Source: an uncultured bacterium
Lineage (GTDB): Bacteria > Hydrogenedentota > Hydrogenedentia > Hydrogenedentales > JAEUWI01
NCBI GenBank assembly: GCA_963977445.1
Contig: CAXBPH010000187.1
Span: forward strand, 1-14,111
Length of the DNA stretch: 14,111 nucleotides
Direction: 5' to 3'
The notes under the pieces were generated by a model that saw only the letters and a program-made list of their open reading frames with translations, was not told where the DNA came from and ran no database searches. A program made the position numbers and the translations under genes. Positions 6,663-14,111 of this stretch are shown here, in pieces (the stretch's first letter is position 1; each line of letters begins with the position of its first letter).

Positions 6663-7166
6663 TTAGTTCAATTTGGCCAGGAGGCCCATCTGGCCCCGAT
6701 GGTAGGCATCATGGTTGGTTATGAGGTTCAGAAGGCTGTAAATCGTGGGAAAACGCGTTCGGTAATCGTCCGGCATGTTTCCGGGAACAGGCTTATCCAA
6801 ATCTTCGTCGCTAAAGCGTCCCAAACCGGCGATTACCCGATCCGAGGCTTCGATGTAGGTGCTTCGAAGGGATGCCCAGTCGGGATAGTCGCTCGCCTGG
6901 GTTGATGGGGCAATCCCCCCCACGTGTTCTGGTGCGAAGTATACACCGACCTCGTCAGACAAGATAGCGTGTTCCTGGAGGGTCCAGTCGATTACCAGTC
7001 GGTCGAGGGTCCGCGTTAAATGACCCAGCAGCCAGGTGGGCGTCGCCTTGCCCGGTGCGAGCTGCTTGAATCGATGGGACTCCGGCATCTCGTCTACGAT
7101 TTTAAGTGTATGGTCCCGCCCTGATTTGAAAAGCTCAATCAGCAAGTTGATCTTGGTAGCATCCAT
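6663..7166 (-). CDS. DinB/YfiT-like superfamily protein, paralog B
   Basis: AAAGGAG RBS before ATG 7166 gives 167 aa, aligning ungapped with paralog A (~46%, 76/167). Same WLLGH and HDAYHRGQ motifs. Confidence 0.9.
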   Translation of the reverse strand: MDATKINLLIELFKSGRDHTLKIVDEMPESHRFKQLAPGKATPTWLLGHLTRTLDRLVIDWTLQEHAILSDEVGVYFAPEHVGGIAPSTQASDYPDWASLRSTYIEASDRVIAGLGRFSDEDLDKPVPGNMPDDYRTRFPTIYSLLNLITNHDAYHRGQMGLLAKLN

Positions 7167-7344
7167 TGTATTTCTCCTTTCACCCACTTCCGTGGCATGC
7201 GCATCCTGCATTCGCACGGGGCTCTATTCATCCTCACTGGATATTGAGGTCGCCCACGTTACGATGGGGCGTTCGGGTGGTCGCCCAAAGTATCTTATGG
7301 TATGCTGTTGCTTCAGCCAAAAACTCACCGGGAAACCATAGCAT

Positions 7345-8757
7345 ATGCACCGCAAAAAGAACACACGACACACCTTTTTTCTGACCCTTCCACTCCTTAT
7401 TCTGGGCTGCCTGACAAGTGGGCTTGCGCAGGGGGCAACGTGGCGCGCCGGTATTGCGACGGTCGTAATTACGCCGGAAACGCCGATTCCATTAGTCGGT
7501 TACGGCGCGCGGGACAAACCCTTTGAGCGCGCCGACATCGACATTTACGCGAAGGCCCTCGCCGTTGAGGACCCGGATGGGCATAAAGGGGTTCTGGTAA
7601 CAACCGACCTTGTTGGCGTTCAGGCCATTTTCTTTGACGAGGTCTGCCGCCGAATCGGGGAAAAGACCGGACTGACCCGGGCGCAGATCATGCTCAACGC
7701 CTCTCACAACCATACGGGGCCCCTGCTGAGTCTCAACCCGGACCCCGCCGGCAATGTGGCCTATGCGCCATTCAGCACCCCCGTCGCTGCAGACGATGTG
7801 GTGCACTACACGCGACAACTCCAGGATGCCGTGGTTGCTGTGGTAGAAAAAGCCCTGGCCGACCTCTCCCCCGCCGTCTTGTCCTGGGGAACGGACCGGG
7901 TCGAGTTTGTCATGAATCGGCGCTCCGAGCCGGAAGATGGAAATTATTGGATGCGTCCCAATCCCAAGGGTTCTACCGATAAGCGTGTCCCCGTTTTGAA
8001 GGTTGCTGCGCCCAATGGGGATGTTCGTGCGCTCCTCCTCGGTTGTGCCTGCCACAACACGGGGTTGACCGCTGACCACAACATTATCAGCGGGGACTAC
8101 GCAGGTTATGCCCAGGAATATATCGAGGCGAAGATTCCCGGCGTAACCGCCATGTTCATGAGTGGTTGCGGAGCCGACGCCAACCCCGAGCCCCGCACCG
8201 ACGTCCCCGGTGTGCGCAAGCTGGGCCAGGATTTGGGGGACGCGGTGTTTCGCGTGTTGGAGGGGCAAATGCGCCCGATTGAGGGTTCCCTGAAGGTTGC
8301 CTTTGAGATGGTGGATCTCCCCCTGATGCAACTAACGAAAGAGGAGCTGGAGCCCTACGCAGCCCGAAGGACGACGGAGAATCTCATGGCCAAGCACATG
8401 ATCGGCCAATTGGAGGCGGGCAATACTTTGCCCAAGCATTACAGCGCGCCCTTTGCCGTCTGGGGCTTTGGGGATGATTTGACCCTGGTGGGCCTGCCGA
8501 GTGAAGTGGTTTCGGACTATGCCAATCAGCTCTATGGCGCCCTGCCCGACGCCCCGCTCTGGGTGGCCGCTTATTGCAACGACTTCTTTGGCTACGTGCC
8601 GACGGCCCGCATCGTGCGCGAGGGTGGACACGAGTTTATCGGAGTTACAACCTATCTCTGGGGAAAAGATTTGAACACCCAGGTAGGCTTCTTTTCTGAG
8701 GAGGTGGAGAAGGTGCTGATGGATACCACCCTGCGCATGGTTAAAGAAGTTAAATAG
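7345..8757 (+). CDS. Secreted neutral/alkaline ceramidase-like amidohydrolase (substrate unknown)
   Basis: N-terminal signal peptide. Family motifs ITP..PLVGY, ASHNHTGP, ACHNT, ISGDYAG, GCGADANP, LPSEVVSDY, AYCNDFFGYVPT. Confidence 0.85.
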   Translation: MHRKKNTRHTFFLTLPLLILGCLTSGLAQGATWRAGIATVVITPETPIPLVGYGARDKPFERADIDIYAKALAVEDPDGHKGVLVTTDLVGVQAIFFDEVCRRIGEKTGLTRAQIMLNASHNHTGPLLSLNPDPAGNVAYAPFSTPVAADDVVHYTRQLQDAVVAVVEKALADLSPAVLSWGTDRVEFVMNRRSEPEDGNYWMRPNPKGSTDKRVPVLKVAAPNGDVRALLLGCACHNTGLTADHNIISGDYAGYAQEYIEAKIPGVTAMFMSGCGADANPEPRTDVPGVRKLGQDLGDAVFRVLEGQMRPIEGSLKVAFEMVDLPLMQLTKEELEPYAARRTTENLMAKHMIGQLEAGNTLPKHYSAPFAVWGFGDDLTLVGLPSEVVSDYANQLYGALPDAPLWVAAYCNDFFGYVPTARIVREGGHEFIGVTTYLWGKDLNTQVGFFSEEVEKVLMDTTLRMVKEVK

Positions 8758-8821
8758 GTCTTCAGGGTCCGTGAGTGCAACGCAGTTCATTTCTAAAGTA
8801 AAGCATGACAGGAGCATCATT

Positions 8822-11800
8822 ATGAGTCGAGGGAAAGAATTTTCGGGGTTGGTTTCAGGGCTGCTGCTGTTGCTCCTCCTCCTCAGCCCAACAGCGATGG
8901 CCGCAGCCAAGCCCAATATCATTTACATCATGGCCGACGATCTGGGCTATGGCGACCTGGGGTGTTACGGCCAGAAGACCATTGAAACACCCAACATAGA
9001 CCAGCTCGCCCAGGAAGGCATGCGTTTTACCCAGCACTATTCCGGGAGCACCGTCTGCGCCCCAAGCCGCTGTGCACTGATGACGGGGCTCCACACGGGC
9101 CACTGCTATATCCGGGGCAATGAGCGGGTAAACCTGCGGCCCGACGATGTCACCGTGGCCGAACTGCTGAAGGAACAGGGTTATGCCACCGGCCTTGCGG
9201 GCAAATGGGGCCTGGGGGTGGAAGGCGAAGAAGGCGTACCCAATCGTCAGGGTTTTGACTTTTTCTATGGGTACCTTGACCAGCAGCATGCCCACAACTA
9301 CTACCCCACCTTTCTCATGAAAAATGAAGAGCGGGTTGCGTTGAAGAATGTGGTGCCCGATCCCAAGCCATCGGGCGCGGGCAAGGCCAGTGAAAAAGTC
9401 GCGTATAGCCACGACCTCATCGTCAACGAGGGCCTGGACTTCATCCGCAGCAATCACGAGAATCCCTTCTTCCTTTATGTTGCCCTCACTATCCCCCACG
9501 CCAACAATGAGGCAGGTCCTGAGGGTATGGAGGTGCCCGATTTTGGACCCTACGCCAATGAAGAATGGTCGGATGCGCAAAAAGGGATGGCCGCCATGGT
9601 CACCCGCATGGATGGCGATGTCGGCCGTCTCATGGCCCTCCTGAAGGAATTGGAAATCGACGATAACACCCTGGTGATTTTTACGTCGGACAACGGGCCC
9701 CATAAGGAGGGTGGCAACAATCCCGAGTGGTTCGATAGCAACGGCCCCCTTCGCGGGATTAAGCGTGACCTCTACGAAGGCGGCATCCGGGTGCCCCTGA
9801 TCGCCCGTTGGCCCGGTAAGGTAGCCGCAGGAACAGAGAGTGACCATATCTCCGCCTTCTGGGATTTTCTCCCCACGGCGGTGGATGTCGCCGGTGGAAA
9901 TATTCCTTCCGGTCTGGATGGCATTTCCTATCTGCCCACGCTCACCGGTGCTTCCCCCAGCCAGCAGCAGCACGACTATCTGTATTGGGAGTTCACCGAG
10001 CAAGGTGGCCGTCAAGGTATCCGTGAAGGAGACTGGAAAGGCGTCCGGCTGGATGTTTTCAAGAATCCTGGTGCACCCCTCGAACTCTACAATCTGAAAG
10101 AGGACCTTGGAGAGACAAAGGATATCGCAGCGGCCCATCCCGAAATTGTGGCCCGTCTGGCGGAAAAAATATCGGCGGCCCACGTGCGCTCCGACGTATT
10201 TCCGCTGACCGCCGACGAAAAGAATGACGTCGAGAAGAAGGTTGCGGCGACCCCAACCCCGGCACCCGAGGCCAAACCCATGGCCAAACCGAATCCCATC
10301 GTAACCTGGGGCTCGGATGAGGTCTTCTGTTTTGCCCTCTATACCGTTCAGGATCGCGTGCTGAAACTGACCGCCCAGCTCTATCCCCTCAAATCGGATG
10401 ATCGTACCGTTCGGCTGGAAGTGAAGGATGGTGAGGATTGGAAAGAAATTGCCACCACCACGGTGGTCAATCCGGGGTGGACTGCCCCCTTTCGCGTAGA
10501 GAAGTGGGACGGTACCCGGGACTGGCAGTATCGGGTCGCCTATGGTGCGGACCATGCCTACGAGGGGCGCATTCGCCGGGATCCGATTGAAAAAGAAGAA
10601 ATTGTAGTGGGTGCCTTCACGGGGAACTCCAACCGGGAGCGCGGCCCGAAGCCCGACATCATTGCGAACATCCAGGCCCAGGACCCCGACCTCCTCTTTT
10701 TCTCCGGTGACCAGTCTTATGACCACAAACGCCATTACGAAGCCTGGCTCCTCTTTGGCCAGCAGTTTGGTGAAATTATCCGCGATCGCCCCACTATTGC
10801 CATTCCCGATGACCACGATGTGGGCCAGGGAAACATCTGGGGGGCGAACGGCAAGAAGTCGGAAACGCCTGCGGGACATGATGGTGGCTATTTCATGCCC
10901 GTCGACTATGTAAACGAAGTGCAGCGCGCCCAGACGAGTCATCTGCCCGATCCCTACGATCCAACGCCGGTTGAGCGGGGCATCACGGTCTACTACACCT
11001 CCCTGAATGTGGGTGGCGTCGACTTTGCCATCATTGAGGACCGGAAATTTAAGTCGGGCCCCGAAGGCCTGGTGCCGAAGCAGGGCCCTCGCCCCGACCA
11101 TATTAACGACCCGGATTTTGACCCCATGTTGGCGGACGTCGAGGGTGCGGTCCTCCTCGGAGAGCGGCAACTCAGTTTTCTGGAAGACTGGGGCAAAGAT
11201 TGGGAGGGCGCGGAAATGAAGGCGGTGCTTTCGCAAACGATTTTTGCCAACGCGGCTCATCTACACGGAAAAGACTCGGAACGACTGATCGCCGATTTGG
11301 ATTCCAACGGCTGGCCACAAACGGGCCGACGGAAGGCGCTGGAAGCGATACGCAAGCCCTTCGCCTTCATGATTGGCGGCGACCAGCATCTGGCCACGGT
11401 ACTCCATCATGGCACGGATACCTGGAACGATGCGGGCTATTCCTTCTGCGTGCCTTCCATCTCCAATTATTATGGACGTTGGTGGTCGCCTTTGGAGTCG
11501 CCGGTGAATCACCCGGAGGGTCCCCTACCCTTCACCGGCGAATACGTCGACGGCTTGCGAAACAAGATCACCATGCTTGCCTATGCCAATCCTTCCGAAG
11601 AGAATTATCAAGCGGCGGGTTACGGGCTCGTTCGCTTCAATAAGAAAGACCGGACCATTGCGATGGAGTGTTGGCCCCGGTTTGTCGATGTTACCCAGCC
11701 CGATGCGAAAGAGCACCCCGGCTGGCCCATCACGGTGGCTCAGGAAGATAACTACGGGCGCGAAGCGGTGGCCTGGTTGCCCATTCTCACGGGGCGTGCC

Positions 11801-12010
11801 GATTCGAAACCAGTTGTTCAGGTCATCGACGACGCCTCGGGTGACGTGCTCTACACCCTTCGCGTGAAAGGGCTCCCCTGGCAACCGAAGGTTTTCGCCG
11901 AAGGAAGCTACACCGTTCGCATCAGTGAAGGCACCCACATGAAAACCATGGCAGGTCTGAGCGCGTCTACGGAAAAAGAATCCGTTCAACGGATTCCCCT
12001 GACGTGGTAA
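8822..12010 (+). CDS. Secreted fusion protein: Cys-type (formylglycine) sulfatase plus PhoD-like metallophosphatase
   Basis: AGGAG at 8810-8814 precedes ATG 8822; signal peptide ending in AMA. Sulfatase motifs KPNII, ADDLG, CAPSR (9056), GKWGLG, SDNG, GIKRDLYEGGIRVP. Pro/Ala linker. Metallophosphatase motifs SGDQSY (~10703), PDDHD (~10805), DSNGW, GGDQH (~11375). Confidence 0.9.
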   Translation: MSRGKEFSGLVSGLLLLLLLLSPTAMAAAKPNIIYIMADDLGYGDLGCYGQKTIETPNIDQLAQEGMRFTQHYSGSTVCAPSRCALMTGLHTGHCYIRGNERVNLRPDDVTVAELLKEQGYATGLAGKWGLGVEGEEGVPNRQGFDFFYGYLDQQHAHNYYPTFLMKNEERVALKNVVPDPKPSGAGKASEKVAYSHDLIVNEGLDFIRSNHENPFFLYVALTIPHANNEAGPEGMEVPDFGPYANEEWSDAQKGMAAMVTRMDGDVGRLMALLKELEIDDNTLVIFTSDNGPHKEGGNNPEWFDSNGPLRGIKRDLYEGGIRVPLIARWPGKVAAGTESDHISAFWDFLPTAVDVAGGNIPSGLDGISYLPTLTGASPSQQQHDYLYWEFTEQGGRQGIREGDWKGVRLDVFKNPGAPLELYNLKEDLGETKDIAAAHPEIVARLAEKISAAHVRSDVFPLTADEKNDVEKKVAATPTPAPEAKPMAKPNPIVTWGSDEVFCFALYTVQDRVLKLTAQLYPLKSDDRTVRLEVKDGEDWKEIATTTVVNPGWTAPFRVEKWDGTRDWQYRVAYGADHAYEGRIRRDPIEKEEIVVGAFTGNSNRERGPKPDIIANIQAQDPDLLFFSGDQSYDHKRHYEAWLLFGQQFGEIIRDRPTIAIPDDHDVGQGNIWGANGKKSETPAGHDGGYFMPVDYVNEVQRAQTSHLPDPYDPTPVERGITVYYTSLNVGGVDFAIIEDRKFKSGPEGLVPKQGPRPDHINDPDFDPMLADVEGAVLLGERQLSFLEDWGKDWEGAEMKAVLSQTIFANAAHLHGKDSERLIADLDSNGWPQTGRRKALEAIRKPFAFMIGGDQHLATVLHHGTDTWNDAGYSFCVPSISNYYGRWWSPLESPVNHPEGPLPFTGEYVDGLRNKITMLAYANPSEENYQAAGYGLVRFNKKDRTIAMECWPRFVDVTQPDAKEHPGWPITVAQEDNYGREAVAWLPILTGRADSKPVVQVIDDASGDVLYTLRVKGLPWQPKVFAEGSYTVRISEGTHMKTMAGLSASTEKESVQRIPLTW

Positions 12011-12156
12011 GCTTGCCGAGCGCGTCGCGCTTCGTGGGCCTTGAGCGTGGGGCTTTCGGATTGACCGATCATGATTCGATGTAGCCGCCGTACTGCCACC
12101 ATCAACAGGCCCGACCAATCCTCGGCGTGAAATAGGACGCACGTGACCTTTCTTTT

Positions 12157-12185
12157 TTGGCTTGTCCGTCCAAGCAGCGTATAAT
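12157..12185 (+). promoter_or_regulatory. Candidate sigma70 promoter for pfk
   Basis: TTGGCT-N17-TATAAT, 72 nt upstream of ATG 12258. Confidence 0.6.
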
Positions 12186-12257
12186 AACGAAATTAATTCG
12201 TCGCATTGGCACGTCGGGGGTCAATAGTCGCAGCCTACCTGGAAAGAATGTAATCCC

Positions 12258-13385
12258 ATGCCACCAAAATTACGAACTGTAGGTATCCTCACTTCCGGAG
12301 GCGATTGTCCCGGCCTGAACGCAGTTATTCGCGCGATTACAAAGACGCTGAGCCCCGAGGGGGTCGAAATATTCGGTATCCTCGAAGGCTTCAACGGTCT
12401 TGTGGAAAATCGCTATATTCGTCTCAACGATGCGGACACGAGTGGACTCCTCACGGTGGGTGGTACCGTACTCAAGACCAGTCGCAACAAACCGCACAAA
12501 ATGCCCGTGGGCGACGGTACGTTTCGGGACATGACCGGCGCCGCACTGGAAAACTATCGCCGCATGAATCTCGACTGTCTCTTTTGCCTGGGTGGTGGCG
12601 GTACACAGAAAAATGCCTATCGCCTGATGAAAGAGGGTGATATTAACGTCATCACGGCCCCCAAGACCATCGACAACGATGTCTGGGGTACGGACACCTG
12701 CTTTGGTTTCGATACGGGCATGTCCATTGCCACGGAAGCCATTGATCGGCTCCATACCACGGCCAGCAGTCATCACCGCGTCATGGTAGTCGATATTATG
12801 GGTCACAACTCGGGCTGGCTTGCCTTGGGCGCCGGCATCGCGGGTGGTGCCGACGTTATCCTGATTCCTGAAATCCCCTATGACATCGACATCGTGGCCC
12901 AATCGCTTCTGGGTCGCATGCGTCGCGGCAAGATGTTCAGCATCGTGGCCGTGGCAGAGGGTGCCGTTTCAAAAGAAGATGCGAAGCTGGAAGAAGCCGA
13001 CAGCAGCAAAAAGCGAAAAAAGAAGCAGGGCAAGGAAATTGAACACATCAAGGAGCCGGTCAGTTCCATACTCGCCGAGCACCTGGAAGATGTTACGGGT
13101 CTTGAGACCCGGGTGACTTCCCTGGGCCATCTCCAGCGTGGTGGTATCCCCACACCGACGGACCGACTGTTATGTACCAAGTTCGGCACCCACGCGGCGG
13201 AACTGGCGCTTAATGGCGAATTCGGATGCATGGTCGCCAAGCAAGGCGAAGCGTTTGTTGCCGTGCCCCTGGAGGAAGTGGTGGGCAAGAAACGTCTGGT
13301 GACCATGGATCATCCCTGGGTACGGGCGGCACGGGATGTGTCGGTCTGTCTGGGGGACGTCATTCCCAAGGGACTTGAACCCTGA
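12258..13385 (+). CDS. pfkA: 6-phosphofructokinase (PfkA family, group III-like; probably ATP-dependent)
   Basis: Motifs [56 protein letters not shown]. Confidence 0.93.
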   Translation: MPPKLRTVGILTSGGDCPGLNAVIRAITKTLSPEGVEIFGILEGFNGLVENRYIRLNDADTSGLLTVGGTVLKTSRNKPHKMPVGDGTFRDMTGAALENYRRMNLDCLFCLGGGGTQKNAYRLMKEGDINVITAPKTIDNDVWGTDTCFGFDTGMSIATEAIDRLHTTASSHHRVMVVDIMGHNSGWLALGAGIAGGADVILIPEIPYDIDIVAQSLLGRMRRGKMFSIVAVAEGAVSKEDAKLEEADSSKKRKKKQGKEIEHIKEPVSSILAEHLEDVTGLETRVTSLGHLQRGGIPTPTDRLLCTKFGTHAAELALNGEFGCMVAKQGEAFVAVPLEEVVGKKRLVTMDHPWVRAARDVSVCLGDVIPKGLEP

Positions 13386-13414
13386 TAATTGGCCCGCTTT
13401 CCCCCTATATGCTG

Positions 13415-13448
13415 ACACCGCCCGATGAGATTTGGGCGGTGTTTTTTT
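13415..13448 (+). terminator. Rho-independent terminator of pfk
   Basis: Stem ACACCGCCCGA/TTGGGCGGTGT followed by a T7 run. Confidence 0.85.
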
Positions 13449-13516
13449 ATGAATGAATAAATCCCCACGTTGACGGGTACTTAATGCGCAGGGGGCTCAG
13501 CACTGGGCTGCGGCAG

Positions 13517-13552
13517 CAACCCCGTCCCATGGGGCGCATCGGGGCGGGGTTG
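13517..13552. terminator. GC-rich hairpin downstream of the convergent MscS gene (possible minus-strand terminator)
   Basis: CAACCCCGTCCC/GGGGCGGGGTTG stem. No clear U-tract on either side. Confidence 0.35.
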
Positions 13553-13645
13553 TACGGCCTCCGCTTAGACTACGGCGTGAGGACTTGGAGTCCGGCGATA
13601 CCCGCGATTATCATTGTCGTCCAGTTCATGGTGTTCGATTTTGGC

Positions 13646-14110
13646 TCAGGTCGTTGGTATATCGTCGGGCTTGACCACCGAAAGGGCCGATTCGATGGAT
13701 CGCACATGGAGGTCCCGCTGAGGGAAGGGAATCTCGATACCATGTTCGCGGAATGCATTGTCTATTCCTGTGTGCATGGCATCCTTGATGATCAAGAAGG
13801 ACTCCAGATCGGGACTATGCACCCGGAGTTCAAAATCCAGGGAGCTGTCGCCAAAGCCGGTGAAGAAGACCACCGGCTCGGGGTCCTGCAATACCCGCGT
13901 ATTCTTGTTGGCCACCTCGAGTATAAGCTTTCGTGCCAGTTCCGTGTCGGAGCCGTAGGCGATACCGACTGGTATTTCAACCCGCAGTATCTGATCCGAC
14001 AAGGTCCAGTTGACCAGTCGGCCCGTGACAAACTCTTTGTTGGGGACGATAAGTTCCTGGCGATTGAATGCGGTAATCCAGGTGGCGCGAATGCGAATTC
14101 GTGAGACCGT
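13646..14110 (-). CDS. Small-conductance mechanosensitive channel (MscS family, MscK/KefA-like C-terminus), 5' truncated
   Basis: Frame open from the window edge: TVSRIRIRATWITAFNRQELIVPNKEFVTGRLVNWTLSD..VGIAYGSD..DPEP..FGDSSLDFEL..GIEIPFPQRDLH. Confidence 0.93.
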   Translation of the reverse strand, partial: TVSRIRIRATWITAFNRQELIVPNKEFVTGRLVNWTLSDQILRVEIPVGIAYGSDTELARKLILEVANKNTRVLQDPEPVVFFTGFGDSSLDFELRVHSPDLESFLIIKDAMHTGIDNAFREHGIEIPFPQRDLHVRSIESALSVVKPDDIPTT

Positions 14111-14111
14111 G

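Noticed and set aside
7248..7287. GGTCGCCCA direct repeat with a central GGGCG able to pair with either copy, in the divergent promoter region
   Set aside because: Too short and GC-rich to distinguish from chance, and no riboswitch consensus was recognised.
8855..11260. 801-aa minus-strand ORF
   Set aside because: Antisense shadow of the motif-rich sulfatase/PhoD gene, with no recognisable motifs of its own.
13484..14104. 206-aa plus-strand ORF
   Set aside because: Antisense shadow of the MscS-family gene.

Overview
Bacterial chromosomal window with moderately GC-rich genes and no rRNA, tRNA, CRISPR or transposase. The gene content resembles a PVC or Hydrogenedentes-like heterotroph (inference only). 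From left to right it holds: a possible 3' gene fragment; two tandem paralogous secreted discoidin/galactose-binding-like proteins and a terminator; a ~1.1-kb non-coding stretch of nested palindromic repeats (an 89-bp direct repeat, four co-oriented 25-bp hairpin motifs, two REP-like inverted doublets); a minus-strand operon of a sodium:solute symporter, two small membrane proteins and a hypothetical protein; two tandem DinB-family genes; a secreted neutral-ceramidase-like hydrolase; a secreted sulfatase/PhoD-like phosphatase fusion; a 6-phosphofructokinase with promoter and terminator; and the 3' end of an MscS/MscK-type channel. The least explained part is the repeat mosaic at ~1969-2962, with a compensatorily changed sister hairpin at 6056-6114. 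All alignments and identities were counted by eye.
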